Shown here one piece after another: positions 25,267-37,800 of a DNA stretch of 64,000 nucleotides. Below the pieces are notes generated by a model. That model saw only the letters and a program-made list of their open reading frames with translations, ran no database searches and was not told the DNA's origin. Positions within the stretch are counted from its first letter, which is position 1. Each line of letters starts with the position of its first letter. The translations under genes and the position numbers were made by a program. The stretch covers positions 2,383,462 to 2,447,461 of the forward strand of contig NC_068996.1 in NCBI RefSeq assembly GCF_001194135.2, read 5' to 3'. Source of the stretch: Octopus bimaculoides. Taxonomy: Eukaryota.

Positions 25267-25504
25267 TTAAACCCTTTAGCTTTCAAATTATTGTGTCAAA
25301 TGTGATGCTTATTCATTCACATTGCTTTGAATTAACCATGCATTATCTCGCAGCTTTGAGATTTCTATAATGTGACTGTTGATTTTTAAAATGACATTGT
25401 AAGGTTGGTGTGAGAAGCCAGACCTGGATGATTTGAACATAAAACAGGCAGAATATTTGGGCAGGATATGGATGATTTAAAAAAAAAAAATACTAAAGGG
25501 TTGA
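25267..25504 (-). mobile_element. piggyBac-like MITE family B, inverted copy
   Basis: TTAAACCCTTTAGC ... CTAAAGGGTTGA termini; interior is the reverse complement of 24579-24790. Confidence 0.8.
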
Positions 25505-26217
25505 TTTGTTGTAGATAATGTTGAATAGAGAAATAACTGATATTTTGATTCATTGAATGTTTGTTTTATTATTTCAATATCGTTTTATTTTTTCTTGAAT
25601 ACATACGTAAATTTCAGTGACATGTAAGTGTTACTTATTCTAAGCATAAAACAACCAATTATGCACCGGTTATAATAAAAGCAAAAAAAAAAAAAAAATT
25701 TCAGGGATAATTAAAAAAAAAATTTTTTAATTTTAAATTAGTCCAACCCTTGTTAGCATGGAAAGTGCACGTTAAACGATGATGATGAATTTAAAAGAAA
25801 ATTTTATTAATTTTTTTTTTTGTTATTTGCTTTTATTATAACTAGTGCATTAAATGAAATAATTTGAGTAATAATTGGGGCGTCCTGTGGAATGACCTAG
25901 GTAGATAGATAGATTGAGGAATAAATAGAAAATAAGTTGGTGAGCTCTGACTAAAAGCAGACCTATGTTCAAAGGTGTTTCATTTGTAGCCATAAATTCT
26001 GTTTTTAGATATTATGTTCTAAGATTACATAATCCCATGTATTTTCCTTGTTTTAAGATTGCAGGATATGTTTTGAGGGAAATTTTACTGCTGTTTCCAG
26101 CTAACTGAGCAAAAATATTGAGGCATTGTTGTCATCCTTATATTGATGAAAATTATATCTGTTTGTCTGCTGAACATAACTCGGTGGTTTTACTTCATAA
26201 ACTTAAACGTCACATAG

Positions 26218-27780
26218 AGCAGGTATGGCTCTGTGGTAAGAAGCTTGCTTACCAACCACATGGTTCTGGGTTCAGTCCCACTGTATGGCACCTTGGGCAA
26301 GCTTCTTTGGTCAGCCTCGGGCTGACCAAAGCCTCTTGAGTGGATATGGTAGACAGAAACTGAAAGAATCCTGTCATGTGTGATATATATATATATATAT
26401 ATATANNNNNNNNNNNNNNNNNNNNNNNNNNNNNNNNNNNNNNNNNNNNNNNNNNNNNNNNNNNNNNNNNNNNNNNNNNNNNNNNNNNNNNNNNNNNNNN
26501 NNNNNNNNNNNNNNNNNNNNNNNNNNNNNNNNNNNNNNNNNNNNNNNNNNNNNNNNNNNNNNNNNNNNNNNNNNNNNNNNNNNNNNNNNNNNNNNNNNNN
26601 NNNNNNNNNNNNNNNNNNNNNNNNNNNNNNNNNNNNNNNNNNNNNNNNNNNNNNNNNNNNNNNNNNNNNNNNNNNNNNNNNNNNNNNNNNNNNNNNNNNN
26701 NNNNNNNNNNNNNNNNNNNNNNNNNNNNNNNNNNNNNNNNNNNNNNNNNNNNNNNNNNNNNNNNNNNNNNNNNNNNNNNNNNNNNNNNNNNNNNNNNNNN
26801 NNNNNNNNNNNNNNNNNNNNNNNNNNNNNNNNNNNNNNNNNNNNNNNNNNNNNNNNNNNNNNNNNNNNNNNNNNNNNNNNNNNNNNNNNNNNNNNNNNNN
26901 NNNNNNNNNNNNNNNNNNNNNNNNNNNNNNNNNNNNNNNNNNNNNNNNNNNNNNNNNNNNNNNNNNNNNNNNNNNNNNNNNNNNNNNNNNNNNNNNNNNN
27001 NNNNNNNNNNNNNNNNNNNNNNNNNNNNNNNNNNNNNNNNNNNNNNNNNNNNNNNNNNNNNNNNNNNNNNNNNNNNNNNNNNNNNNNNNNNNNNNNNNNN
27101 NNNNNNNNNNNNNNNNNNNNNNNNNNNNNNNNNNNNNNNNNNNNNNNNNNNNNNNNNNNNNNNNNNNNNNNNNNNNNNNNNNNNNNNNNNNNNNNNNNNN
27201 NNNNNNNNNNNNNNNNNNNNTAAAAACAAATAGTAAATGAGTATATGCATATATACGTACAGGTATGTGCATACCGACATCCACCTGTATGTATAGGTGC
27301 ATATCTGGGTACAGGACATTGCAAACAAACGTAGACGAGAACGCACGAGCCACATAGAGAACATTCTACTTCATCAGCTACCCACGTTTTAACACCGGCG
27401 TTTCGACGAGCTTCGGGCAGGACGCATCGTTAAAACGGCTCGTCCCATGGATCGCAGATTAAATTTGTATACGCAAATTAAATCTAGCCATGGAGGAATG
27501 TAGTGGCGGACAAAAAACAAGACAGGACACACACACATCTGTGTGTATCTTTGTGTTTGTCCTTCACCACTGCTTGACAACTGGTGTTGGTGTGTTTATG
27601 TCCTTGTATCTTTGCAATTTGGTAAAAGAGAATGATAGATTAAGTACCAGGTTTGAAAAACGGAAGTGACTGGGTTTGATTCTTCTGACTAAAAATACTT
27701 CAAGGCAGTGCCCCAGCATGGCTGCAGTCTGATGGCTGAAGCAAATAAAAGTTAGAAGATAAATAAAGTACAATAAAGAG
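26218..27780 (+). mobile_element. SINE family 1 (head 26218-26400, tail 27530-27780) interrupted by a gap and a Penelope-like element
   Basis: tRNA-like A/B boxes (TGGTAAG, GGTTCAGTCCC) in the head; TTGACAACTGGTGTTGG...CCCAGCATGGCTGCAGTC tail. Confidence 0.85.
27221..27520 (-). mobile_element. Penelope-like 'CTGATGAAG' family, young CpG-rich copy
   Basis: Minus strand ...GCTCGTCGAAACGCCGGTGTTAAAACGTGGGTAGCTGATGAAG...; GAAAC/CTGATGA motifs typical of Penelope terminal repeats; hairpin at 27445-27493. Confidence 0.6.
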
Positions 27781-28169
27781 TGATCCGAGAAAGACTGAAA
27801 CTGGCGTACCATTATATTAAATTATATTGGATTGTGACTGTTAAACAGTCACACAAATAGAATACAATTCTGTAATAAGAATTGTGTTCCTGTTTATGAT
27901 AACATCCTGAACATCCTGTGATGTTCCCAATTTGATAGTTTATTTTCCTCTTCCCCTACCTTTTCATATCCAAACTTTCATCTAAAATGTATACAAATGA
28001 TAATGAAATCTTACACACAGATTTGTAGAATACAAGAAGCAGTTTGATAATTGTTATTTTTAATAGTGTGTTAACGATAAATTGATTCTAAATCGGGAAT
28101 TTAAACTGGATCACTGAGACTTGTTCTTTACCTCTCAATGCTTTGCATAGAATGACTGCTCTCTCCATT

Positions 28170-28350
28170 TTCTTTTTAGTTTTGGATACCAGTGGGGAAA
28201 TGGTTTATGAATGCAAGATATGTATTGATGCTAGCTGCTGGAAGAAAGTGTGTTGTTTGGATGGTACCCCATGGTAAAAAGGAAATATGGGAAGTAGTGA
28301 TGAAGTAAGATCTCAGGGTAATATCCTGAGAAAAGAGGCAATGAAAGACA
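28170..28350 (+). mobile_element. Decayed RTE LINE ORF2 C-terminal remnant
   Basis: KKEIWEVVMK*DLR resembles the RTE R..KTWDEVV..DLR motif. Confidence 0.4.
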
Positions 28351-29799
28351 AATACAAAAACCAGTTCCTTATCAATTTATGCCAATATGAAAATGAACAT
28401 TAAAATGATGAGGTTTCTTATGTTATAACCATGATTACATTTACTTCCAATATTTATTCTAATTTTATTATATATCATTTATATTAGTTAATGTAAAGAG
28501 TAAAATTAACCATATTAGTCATTAAATTAGTGTTCGCTTTCTCAAACTTATTGTTACTTAATATTTATTATGCTGCTTATTAATCTCTCAGATTATTTTT
28601 TAATTTTGTCTACAATTAATATTGTACTGAACAGAATAGCAGTAGTAGTAGTAGTAGTAGTTGTACTAAATAATAATAATAATAAATCCTTTCTTTATTA
28701 GCCACAAGGGCTGACAAAAATAAGGTTGGATATTACAAAACACGAAGGAAAAAGTGGGGTTAGGGTTATTCTGCTCAGTACCACAGATTTGCTTGTCCGT
28801 TGTTTGACCTTAACCACTTTAGCATGTGCTTGCTGGCTGACATTTTGTACATCTCTGATCACGAGCAGTAGCAGTAGAGAAACATTATAGCCATGTGTTG
28901 AGAGGAATTCTTTTAGTTTAAACAATTCACCTCTGGAAGTATGAGTGTTTTGTTCATAATCTTTAAACTTGGCTGAGGACTGGCAAGCCAGTAGGCTGCA
29001 CCAGATTCCAATCTGATCAGGGGGCACTGGCATTGACCATGTTCGGATGGTGCTTTTTACGTGTTACCAGCATGTTGTGCCCTCTGGCAAACATAAAATT
29101 CAATTAGAATGGCCAGGAGGAGACATATGGGATGGAGAGACATTGATGTGTAACAAAAGATTTCAGACAAAGTAAGCTAAAATAAGAATAATAATGAAGC
29201 TGAAGTGAAGAAAGAGTATATAGTGTGTGTGGTTATATTTGGAAAGAAAGAAAAAATAGAAAGGACAACCATCTCGAAATATAACAATATGAAGTGAAAC
29301 AGTTTTAATTAATAACTGAATACAGATTAAAGGGGGAAAAGCCTGCTTTAAATTATCTATTTCCTTATGTTGTAATCAATTAGTTATTGTTGTCATTTAT
29401 TATTGTTGTTGTTATAGCTTCTTCTAGTTATTTTCTGAGTTCTAATCTAATGTATTTGACCAAAATATCCCTTACCATAGTCCAAATATTGCTTTGGTTT
29501 CATTAATTCAGTCCATTTATTGTTTTGTTACTACAAAAGGTGGCCTTGCGTCTAAGCAAAAAACCCCCAAAAAACAAAACAAGCAAACAAAAAAACCTAT
29601 TAGTGTACTTAGTATGCTGTTTTTTTTTTTTTTTAATGCTGTTGCTAATAATGTGCAGGCATGCACTCAGGCTGCAACCTCAATAAAATTGTTGGATGGT
29701 ATGTATGTGTGGTTAGGAATATTTTCTGACAGTTTGTCTCATTGACAGAGCTACTCTCCTGGATCAAGCAAAGATCGTTTGTGAGTTAGATATGTAAAA

Positions 29800-30250
29800 T
29801 GTTGTCAGCCACTCGTAGTCTTATATCCCATCAGACAGTATGGTTGGGTTATATCATCCCTTGCTTTCTGTAGATTCTGCTTCCTGACATTGACCTTCTT
29901 TACTGCTTCTATTCATATCTTCCTTGCACTTCCTCTTGCATTAGGTTTTTTTCTCATGTATCTACTTGGACATCTTCACCCTCCTGTCATCATCCATATG
30001 CATTTTATGTTCATGTCAGCATAGCTGGCACTCTTGCACACCACAGTTGATTTCCTATATACCCAGTTTTCTCTCAAGTCATCTATGCTTTGCCCTTCAT
30101 GCAAGTAACATTAGACATCCAGTGGGTCATGCTCACTTCTTTTCTTTGCAACCTTTGCACATCCTCTGCATTCAGTGTTCATGTCTTGCTATTATGCAGC
30201 TTCACAACTTGTATACATGTACCACACAAACTACCTGTTGTACATTCATG
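29800..30250 (-). mobile_element. Decayed RTE LINE ORF2 3' fragment
   Basis: Minus LHNSKT*TLNAEDVQRLQRKEVSMTHWMSNV aligns to LHGSETWAVTAEDMCRLSRNEASMLRWMCNV of the 61663-63060 copy. Confidence 0.7.
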
Positions 30251-30452
30251 TTTATACAGGCATGTAGGTATACACATATACATATATATTTATACACATA
30301 CACACACATACACTTAGATGCTTCAGTGTATTAATTTTAGTTTTCAGTGTAGCATGTTTTGCTATAAGTCTTAGTTTCTTTCAAAGTATTTTCCTTATAC
30401 TCAGTAGCGTGCGCACGCGCGCGCACGCACACACACACACACACACACACAC

Positions 30453-30602
30453 AGCACCCACTACACTCTCGAAGTGTTAGGAAGGGCACCCAGCTGTAGA
30501 AACCTTGCCAGATGAGATTGGAGCCTGGTGCAGCCTTCTGGCTCAGTCAAACCGTCCAACCCATGCCAGCGTGGGAAACGGATTTGAAACAATGATCATG
30601 AT
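30453..30602 (+). mobile_element. RTE 3' terminal segment
   Basis: CACCCACTACACTCTC...GTTAGGAAGGGCACCCAGCTGTAGAAAC...CCAACCCATGCCAGC. Confidence 0.85.
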
Positions 30603-32829
30603 TTATGTATTATATGTAAAATATAAATTCTAATCAAGCCATCATTATTCAATATATTTTGTGTTTAAAGAACTCTGCTTGAAGCGTAATTAATGACAGA
30701 CTACTTTTGGAAATCATATGAGTATTTTCTCTTTTGGTATGAATAGGATTGTCTGTTTAATGAAATATTCCCACTGAAAACTTATAACTTATTTTCCACA
30801 GCAAGAGTAATTAACATTTTGATATCCACCATGCAAGGGATTGCCTCTGGTTTCTATAGTATTCATATTTAAACTAAAACCATCCATCGTTATTTTACAT
30901 AAGTCTGGTGCCAAATACATTTGTAAAATATCAATAAATTATAATATTGCTTCATTTTGCTACATCCCTCCAAATTTTTAATTAATTTTGAAATTAATGG
31001 TAATATACAATGTATCATGAAATAGTTAAGGTAATTTGCAGTGTGTTCTCCTGCCCTAAAATTTCAACTTGTAAACAATAAATGTTATAACATTTAACCA
31101 ATGTAGCATAACAAGTAGGGTTTCTTTCTATTTTGTAGATAAGATTTTCATAGATACCATGTAACCAATTTCTTCAGTCCATAGATGTGGCTAAGTTGTT
31201 TCATGAACTCATAATGTTTTCCAATCCATGATATTATTTTAGTGGCTGTCAAGGTTAAATTGTTTCTTTTATCTTTATTTCTAGAGTATTGGTAGAAGCA
31301 ATACTTATAACATAGCACATTGCTAAAATAAACATACAGACAATAAATAAAACAGTTAAAATCTTCAAAACTAAATTTCTATCGTAATGGCAACACCAAG
31401 CACACTGACCCTGCTGTCTATAAAATGGCAGCAACATACTCCAACACAACGTCATCTGAGAGATGAAACCACGAAAGTCTAGAAAATAGAAAAGTTAAGG
31501 ATACATTTTGCAAACTTAACTATTTCAAACTGATTATAAAGAACTCATATTAAAATATAAAAAGAATTGTAAGAAAAAGAACTGTTAAAAGAAAGGTTAA
31601 ATTTCTAGTAATTCTGCCAATGTCTAGAATGGCAAATTCAAAGTGAAAACTATTAGACCTAACAAACAAATAAAATGTTGTCATGAATATATTTTCTGTA
31701 TGTTTCTGTGTGCATCTGTGTTCTACACTGAAATATCTGTACCAAGAATATCAAATCTAGACTTTATGTCAATATATTTTAATTGAAAAATAAAATTTTC
31801 TCAAAAAAGTTCATTTTATATTCTCTAGATTATATCTGTTAATGCATGTCACCAGAAGTAGTTTGAAAGTATCAATTTTTATTTACTTTCATAAATGTAA
31901 GCAATGAAAAACTGAAAAGAATATAGCCATCAGTTTTTTTATGTGACTGATTTTGCATGTAAACTGAAATCATTGTTGGGGTGACCAGAAACCTTGGCTG
32001 ATTTAGAATTTAATATTCCTTGTGTACATATGTGTACTTGAACTCACCCACCTATGCTGTAAATTGTAAGTAAGTTGGGTTGAAAATGTAAAAGCCAAAT
32101 GTAAGAAATAATTATGTAGCTATATATGCACATTTAGCTTAGATGTAAATCATCATCTTTCTTAATTTTTTTTTTGTTTTTAAGAAATACACATGTCGTT
32201 ATTAATCATTATGTTCTTAATTGACTACCATCATGACCAGCATTATAAAATCATCATAATCACAGTTATCCAATCTTATTCTAGTGAAAAACTTTATTGT
32301 GATTACTGAGCTGTCCACTTTTGCTTATATATCCATACAGGTGGATCTGCAATACTGTACCATCTCTGTGGATCATTTTTATTTGAAAGCTAAGCACCAT
32401 CCTAAGCTATCATTTTTTTCATTGCTCTAGCTCTCTTGTTACCATTCTCACTAACATTTCATGAATGCTGGTGAAACTAAACTCCTTTATCACTTTAAAT
32501 TTATTTTTTCTTAATGACCTCCAATATAGTTTGCATTAGAAACTACAAACTCAATGGATCTGTTCTCTCAATTAACCCACTAGTGGTTGCTTGTCTTTGA
32601 GAACTTCAGCAGATGTACACTTGACATCAGTAGAGCTTTTATGCCATTCCTGGCAGAAGAAAGAAAGCAAAAGCAAAAAATCCCTCTTGCAAAGTTACCT
32701 GTTTTTGTTCTCTTTCTCTCTTTCTCTTCTTCTCATATGTTTTTTGAATTGGAAGCTTCTTAAGATTCTACAATACTGCATGCACTTAACATGCTCCCTT
32801 CAATCACTATATGATCAACACTGCTCTAC

Positions 32830-33370
32830 CTCTGGCCTTATGAGCAGTTAGCTTCTTCTCAGTTGTAATGGAGGCAGATGCTGGCTTTAAGTAGTTTGCT
32901 TTCACCATTCATCTTGGACATCAAACCAAAATTGTGAAGAAACTGATATGCAAAAGAGAATTCTGCTTGTATGTTTGGCAGTGGTGGCCCCACCACAGAC
33001 AGATTCCTGATGTCATCCTGAAAATACTCACATGGCTGTTTGACAAAGTTTCACTTTCCAGTATGGTGAGTGAAACTTTGTCCTGCTACAACCACTGGTT
33101 CCTGTTGTTTCTTTCTACTTCTACAGTAAAAACAATGGCTTTTGTACCCCCATTGATCTAACAAGCTGCATACCACCTACCCCATGCCCACTGAACCTCA
33201 TACTACCCACCTGACATTACACTTATTACTTTCTTTCACCTGTTCCTTCTCAGACCAGCAGAATTCTGGAATTTAATTTCTTCCATCATATTTTTCCTGT
33301 GGCATCAACCTGTAGACATTCAGGTTCAACTTTGTCCACATTGAATCTCACCTGTTTGAGTGAGACTGCA
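32830..33370 (+). mobile_element. CR1/L2-like LINE 3' remnant
   Basis: FLRPAEFWNLISSIIFSCGINL*TFR resembles the terminal FFPRT..LWN.LP..VFP...NL..FK motif. Confidence 0.45.
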
Positions 33371-33942
33371 ACACCTACAGGTACCACATACCTTTCTCTA
33401 GCTAATTAATTTAAAAGAAATATCTGTTCTCACAATGTTATGTTACACCATTATGAGATACGGTGAGGAACTTTTAAGTAATTATTGAATGTGTTGTCCT
33501 TAAAAAAAAAAAAAGAGGGAGGGATTTAATGTCTTATTTTATTGCAGAGCTGTCTTTACAGTTGGAAAGATACTCATAAATAGAAATAATTAACATAATA
33601 AAAACACCACAATCTATCATTGTATTTCATTTCATCCAATTCCAATCAAGTGGTAGGAGATATGAAATATCTCAGGCTTATGTATGAAGCATTACAAGCT
33701 GTATCAGTTGGAAACATCTTAAATACGACCTTGGTTTATACTATTTTGTACTTTTTGTCATAAGGGAGAGAGAGAGATCTGCCAGGTGTCATGAGCAGAA
33801 TTGAGACATGGTAGGGCAAGAATGAGGAAGACGTGAAGAAATATTTAGATTCAATTCAATAGTAATGATAAAATCTTCCTTCCATTGACCTAGATCAAAA
33901 CTGGTGAAAGTATAGTCAAGTTGTTAAATTCCATAGATTTTT

Positions 33943-33994
<52 letters not shown>

Positions 33995-34602
33995 CTGGGA
34001 AATATTGGAAAATAAAATTATTATTAAATAAAGTATAAGAAAAGTCTATTTTACACTGTTGATGGATGTAAAGCTTATGTCGGATAGCATTTCAAAACAG
34101 TCCTTTCTGTCAGATTACTTGATGTCATGTCATTTGACAAATTGTAGAATATTATTATCATTGAAAAGTTAAATAATATAGTAAACTTATTGGAGGTTAA
34201 GCACGAAGCAAACTGCAATACTTGTTTACAATCTCCTTCTTCATCCGTCTCATATCTCTATCCTCCTCTCTGACTACTAGTAAGGATTGAGTAGACTTGC
34301 TCTATGTCACTAATCATTATTTCTTGCCCTTGAGAACTTCCTGTTACTGCACTTAGCATCACAAAATCTTTCATTGCATCTGAGTTTAATGGTTTGGTCT
34401 ATATCTGTTTCCTATTTCTTTGACAGAGCTTTTTGTCCAACCCTACAGTTGCAGTTGAGTGCTGAATGAGCCTTATCCAAACCATTTTCTGTTATTTTGA
34501 GCATATTCAAAAGCTCAGTCAAGTCTTCCATATTCTTCCTTCTGTATGTTAACAATCTGCTTCTTGTTACTTCTAAGTAGAGTGTTTTATATTTCATTCA
34601 TT

Positions 34603-35333
34603 GACTTGTGACCGAGACCTTTGGAAATATGGTGTGCGTGAGAAGACCCGGCAAGCCAAGTGAGACCAAAATCCAAGGCCTCTGCCAGGGGTGTAGCCAT
34701 CCCACTTACGCGTAACATTCCTTCATTGGACACTAAACTCCGCTTGCGAAGACCTGTTGAGGCAAGTGAAATAGGAATTGAAATCGACGACTGGCACCCA
34801 TGCCAACGTCTCTTTGATTGAACACTAAACTCGGCTTGCGAAGACCTGTTGGGGCAAGTGAAAGCGAAATCCTGATGGCACCTGTACCAGTGGAGCACTA
34901 AGAGCACCATCCGAGCATGATCGTTGCCAGAGCAGCTGTCTGGCTTCCATGCCGGTGGCACGTAAATAGCACCATTTGAGCGTGATCGTTACCAACGTCG
35001 CCTTCCTGGCACTTGTGCCAGTGGCACGTGAAAAGACATCGAAGCGAGATCATTGCCAGTACCACTGGACTGGCTCCTGTACAGGTGGCATGTAAAATAC
35101 ACCATTTCGAGCATGGCCGTTGCCAGTACCGCCTGATTGGCCTTCGTGCTGGTGGCATGTAAAAGCACCCACTACACTCTTGGAGTGGTTGGCGTTAGGA
35201 AGGGCATCCAGCTGTAGAAACTCTGCCAAATTAGATTGGAGCCTGGTGTAGCCACCTGGTCCACCAGTCCTCAGTCAAATCATCGAGCCCATGCTAGAAT
35301 GGAAAGCAGACGTTAAACGATGATGATGATGAT
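34603..35333 (+). mobile_element. RTE LINE 3' UTR with ~65-bp tandem modules and (GAT)n tail
   Basis: Starts at GACTTGTGACCGAGACCTTTGG as in 54990-55070; four modules at ~34890, 34955, 35021, 35085; conserved tail. Confidence 0.9.
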
Positions 35334-35734
35334 TCATAATCTACCTCATAGCTAGACATACACGTACACAGAATCCATGAATAGATCTCTTGAGAAAATT
35401 CTCAAAGGAAAACATAACCTTGTGTCTTTCAACAGCATATACACATTTCAAACAAACAAGCATGCTATTCACCTTTTATTCATAATAATGTTGATGTTCT
35501 CCCAAGATAACAGAAGCCGACCATGCCTAATAGTCAATGTCATCATGTATGTAGATTGTCAATCAGTTGTGATTCCAGCTATGGATACCATTTCTTTGAC
35601 AATTAACGGATGTGCAGGCTAAGCTTAAACAGTAATATAAAGACCCTTTTAATATGAACTTGAAGAAATATGCTATTTTTATTGAGAACCTGAATAGAGA
35701 AATTACTGAGAGAGCGAAGTCATCATCAAAGTCA

Positions 35735-36120
35735 TCATTTTATATCCACTTTCCATTCTAGCTTAGGTTGGATGGTTTGACAGGAACTGGCAAGCCAGAA
35801 GATTGCACCAAGTTTCATTGTCTGTTTTGGCATAGTTTCTTATGGCTGGATGCCCTTTCTAATGCCAACCATCTTACAAAGTGCACTGAATGCTTTTTTA
35901 CGGGCACCAGCACCAATGAAGTCTGTTTTGGCATGGTTTTTATGGGTGGATGCCTTTCCTAACACCAACCACTTTACAGAGTGAACTGGTTGCTTTTTAT
36001 GTGGCACCAGCACCAGCACCAGCCAGATCTGCATTGGCACAGTTTTAACAGCTAGATGCCCTTCTAAATGCCAATCGCTTTACAGTGTGGACTGCATGCT
36101 TTTTAAGTGGAACCAGCACA
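35735..36120 (-). mobile_element. RTE-related 3' end with tandem GGATGCCCTTCCTAATGCCAACC units
   Basis: Three imperfect repeats of the reverse-complemented tail core at ~35845, 35945 and 36050. Confidence 0.75.
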
Positions 36121-36559
36121 AGACAAAACACCTGTGAGAGTAGGGGGTATTAGAGGAGGTGGCCTTGTGCCAGGTGACAAGAGGTTAGAGTGTGACAGAG
36201 GGACAGAAACAGGTGTCTTGCTTTAGAGGAGATATGTGGTTACTCTAGTCAGGGGTAGGGGAGAGAAAAAGAATGTGAGAGTGCGAGAGAGAGAGATGGT
36301 GGAGATGTGCCAAGGATGAGAATATGAATTGGAGAGTACAGTATTGCCAAGTGTGTATGAGTAGGGAGTTCACATAAATGCAAAGTGGTGGGTAGGATGC
36401 AATGACTGGTAAAACCTGGGTGTATAGAGGATGGTAGGGTGGGGTGGGGTGGAGCAGGATAGCAGTGATACAGTGGACAGGATTGGGCTGCAGTAGTTAG
36501 AAAGGAGAGAAAGCACAAACATAGTGCATGAAAAAGGAAATGTGAGGAAGAAATGAGAT

Positions 36560-36810
36560 GAAGTTTCGTTTAGTGGAGTAGGGTTTGTGAAAAATTTTAT
36601 AGTTACATGTGGGTGAAGAAAAAGAAATCATTGATGGTGTAGCATTGTTTGAGAGGGAAACAATTCACCATGCTTCATACAAAGAGCAATTTGGAAGAGG
36701 AAGCAAGCAGCAATCTTAAAAGTTGTAGACAAAAGTAATGAATGTGAAACATGTGGAAGAATCTGTCTTTCTCTGGTGCTGGTTTCAAGAGCCACATGAG
36801 GGGGCATCAT
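36560..36810 (+). mobile_element. RTE-clade ORF2 C-terminal C2H2 finger remnant
   Basis: ECETCGRICLS + (frameshift) GAGFKSHMRGH at ~36740-36808. Confidence 0.55.
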
Positions 36811-37479
36811 GATATGAAGTAGGTATAATATTCCTAACAATTTGGTCTGAAGTGTGGCAAAGTGATGAAGTTGAAAGCAGGCACAAAAAACGTCATCTGT
36901 GAAGTCATGCAAGGAAAATGGCTTAAGATGAAATTCCAAGATGTCGTACAAGAGAATGAGTTGACAACTAATAATATATGTATGTACATATGTATGCTTA
37001 TTTGAGAGATATTTGAACTGGTCTTATGCTTTCTGTCTGTGTATTGTGCATATGTTCACATATATGTTTCAGCCTGGCTGTCTATTTGTTCAGTCAGTAA
37101 ATAATATTGACTTACTTGTGCTTTCTAATCAACTTAGAGTTGGTTCTCTCGGAATCTGGTGCTGAAGAGAACAAATGAGTTCAAAATATGTTCATCAGTC
37201 TGATAGAGGGTACCCTGAACTTACTGTGGTGTTTTAAAACCTCTTTTACCCTAAGCAAGAACTTTTTTCTCCATGATAAACTGCTGTGAAAATCCTTTAT
37301 AGGTTCATATATCTCTCAAACATATTTGAACTGATTTTAAGTTTGTATACATACCACCACTGCGTTTTGCATTTATCCACATAAAAGACATGGCATAGAA
37401 CGATTATTGCAAATACCAAAACCTTTCTTCATGAAGACTGTTATTACACAAAGTATGTTAGTAGCTAATGACTTCTGTA

Positions 37480-37800
37480 TCAGAGCTGGGCAGACACATA
37501 AAAGAAAAACAGCATAGAGAAAGGAAGGTTTGAAAATTACAAGTTCCAACAATCAGGAATAGGCATAGGAAAATTGTAACTGGCACACATGAATATAGGG
37601 AAGTAGACTTAAATATGTGTAACAAAGACAACAACTGGGAATTTTTATGAAATAAACTTCTTAAGGCTACAAATCTGATATGTGACCGGAATAAAATCCT
37701 AGTGAAATCAAAAGTAACATGATGGTAGAATGAGAAAGATGGCAGTTGAAGCCAAGATACAGTCTGAGATAGACTGGGAGGATGATGATAGTAAGGAGCA
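37480..37800 (+). mobile_element. RTE ORF2 linker remnant
   Basis: KLLKATNLICD...KVT*W*NE resembles the RTE LL.AT..ICG...KVTWWWN motif. Confidence 0.45.

Noticed and set aside
26218-26285. tRNA genes
   Set aside because: A/B boxes belong to SINE heads, with no complete cloverleaf and SINE body downstream.
28170-28275. Exon-like unit with two open frames
   Set aside because: Continues into an RTE C-terminal motif; more simply a LINE remnant.
34890-35175. CRISPR-like array
   Set aside because: Degenerate modules without unique spacers, inside a eukaryotic LINE 3' UTR.
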